NCBI GenBank assembly: GCA_009602735.1
Contig: WELA01003597.1
Location: 504,882-568,881 of the forward strand
Source of the DNA: Mesotaenium endlicherianum
Lineage: Eukaryota
Direction of reading: 5' to 3'
DNA: 64,000 bases
Shown here: positions 62,195 through 64,000 of the stretch, piece by piece
Position numbering within the stretch: position 1 is the stretch's first letter
Layout of the letters: each line of letters begins with the position of its first letter
The notes under the pieces: generated by a model
The model's input: only the letters and a program-made list of their open reading frames with translations
What the model was told of the DNA's origin: nothing
Databases searched by the model: none
Made by a program: the position numbers and the translations under genes

Positions 62195-63200
62195 GTGTTC
62201 CTCGTACTTGTGGAAGTCGACTCCTCATATTGGCTTCTTAACTACATAAGGAGACTTTATAAGAGACTAGACTCAACCTCACAGGCCGATGTTAGAATAC
62301 ACAATAATAATGTGCCACAATCTCTCTATGAGGCTCTCTTTGGCCGTGTAGGTAAAGAAGTTGCCCATCACATTAGTAAAAATACACCATCTCATAGTAC
62401 TAGTACAAGGAGAGTGTGGTGGAAAGACGAAGAGTTAAACAATTCATTGTCCTTTCAAGATGTGTCATTAGGATCCGGGTGGGAAGCAGCTAAGATATTG
62501 CCTCAGTTCGGAGAGATAGTGACAATTATTCCTCCTTTTTATATGAACTGGGCTGAGAGTGTTACAGGTGAGGTGGGCCTATGTTTTAAGTTCTCGTTTG
62601 CAGTTCTGAATCGAGCTAGTCATGGCACTTGATCACAACTATGATAAAGAGAGACAAAGAGCTCGTCATAACATTGAGTGTGACAGCCATATTCTATTCA
62701 GGATGCCTGATTACCCTCAAAAAATTCAACAGGGGGGGGTAGAAGTTGAGGAGATCATGTTAGAAGCTGGAAGGTTGGCAAGAGTGGCTGGTACAAAGAT
62801 GGTAGAAAAGAGAGTTGCTACAAAGCGCAGAGAGAGCAGACACAAAGATCAGCACGAGAGGTAGCTCGTGCAATAGAGATTGCTCGTGCCAAGTCTGTAC
62901 AAGCTCTTGGTGAGGCCATGGCTAAAAGTAATGAGCCACTAATTTTAATTCCTAGAGTTCTGACACCGACACAGACTGCTAACAAGGAAGGTTGTAAAAT
63001 ATTGCTTGAGGCAAGAGCTAATTTGAAGGCAAAACAAGTTGTATATGCACATTTGCAAGTGCCTTCAAGCTTCATCATGCAAGCTGCTGACAGGAAAGGA
63101 AAACATTTTACTGGTAATGCACAAGGCTCTGACATAACGAGAGCAAGCGGCGGAGATCATGCTTTGTGGCATGTCATTGAGTCTTCTATGGAGCCTGAGG
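62195..63200 (+). pseudogene. Unknown decayed protein-coding gene convergent with the RAG1/Transib-like transposase
   Basis: Three consecutive complex-composition ORFs (62195, 62622, 62918) with GT donors at about 62573 and 63200; no recognised domain. Confidence 0.35.
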
Positions 63201-63225
63201 TTAGTTACCTATATATGCTTGTATC

Positions 63226-64000
63226 CTATATGTATTTCACATATGTGTTGTGCTGCTGCCTTTGCTTCTGTCTTCCTTTATCTTTCCTAGAATTTAAAAG
63301 CATCGCTGATACATGCTGTTGGCACACCTCTTGTTGCATTGTCTGAGCTGCCCTGCTCTTGCCCATTGCTTTCCCTAGCTTGTCAACACCTCCTAGCCTA
63401 TTGTTTGTGTTGGCAGACTTGCGCCAAGCATGTAGAGCATCCACCCCCTCACCGCTAAATTGGTCTAGATCTCCATGCCTTCTATCATTGCAGGGAGGTG
63501 GCACTTCATGATATGCATGTACATATTTATCATGTCTGAAGTGCATGCTGCTACAAATTTGTCCTCAAAATCTCTAGCTTGAGCCTCTACCTCAGCTGCC
63601 TTCTTATCCGTGTCAAATTGCATGTCTGTAGGTAGAGGGTCCGTCAACTTCATCATAAATTGGCTGAAGCTACTCCATGCTTGTATCACTTGTTCCTTCT
63701 TTGCAACATCTTTTGGCAAAAAAAAGACGCAGTTCGCAAGCTTCTCCGCCTGCTCAATCAGCCCCCGACACTCTCTTCCAATAAAGGTGGGCTTTCCTGC
63801 TCTTCCTTTAGTTTCCGTTTTCTTTAAGGCCTTCACCTGCTCCAGAGTAACATTCTTGTAGAGGGCATCTTTCTTTAGGATGCTCAAAAATTCCAGCTCT
63901 TTCTCCTCACCTCCTTCTAGATGTGCATAAAGTAATCTCTCGAACAAGGTCACCGTCACCCTCGGAAGAAGATGTAGTACGCAAGGCACACAGTCCTGAG
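63226..64000 (-). pseudogene. RAG1/Transib-like DDE transposase, C-terminal half (runs off right edge; frameshift at about 63480)
   Basis: Ordered motifs VPCVLHLLPRV, FIGRECR, W..F, YMHIMKCHLP and HGDLDQFSGEGVDALH parallel RAG1 LHCDIG / GNFAR / YFHKTLAH / GSIGAWASEGNESGNK. Confidence 0.7.

Overview
Eukaryotic, intron-rich DNA of plant/streptophyte-algal character (plant-type chromovirus, DUF659-type hAT, ascorbate-peroxidase fragment, TTTAGGG-like repeats), with four N-gaps. 1-17.5 kb is a transposon nest. A bacterial-Dcm-like C5 DNA-methyltransferase pseudogene (17347->16302, continuing 4348->4141, probable PWWP-like tail) is split by a complete Ty3/Gypsy chromovirus (4354-16301, TSD cgctg/cgttg). 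The chromovirus 3' LTR is itself interrupted by a complete hAT element (4760-11099, 8-bp TSD aactctac) carrying a captured APX exon. Further left lie an orphan 3' LTR (3639-4140) and a gag ORF with two zinc knuckles running off the left edge. 18.3-27.6 kb holds three tyrosine-recombinase (YR)-like remnants without their own RT: two are intron-containing paralogues and one is followed in frame by tandem GATA-type zinc fingers. With the adjacent DNMT this is the best candidate for an undescribed mobile system. 31-41 kb is a multi-exon low-complexity/coiled-coil gene, with decayed inverted paralogous exons at 53-56.6 kb. The right edge carries the C-terminal half of a RAG1/Transib-like transposase convergent with an unknown decayed gene. 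All family assignments come from motif recognition by eye; no searches were run.
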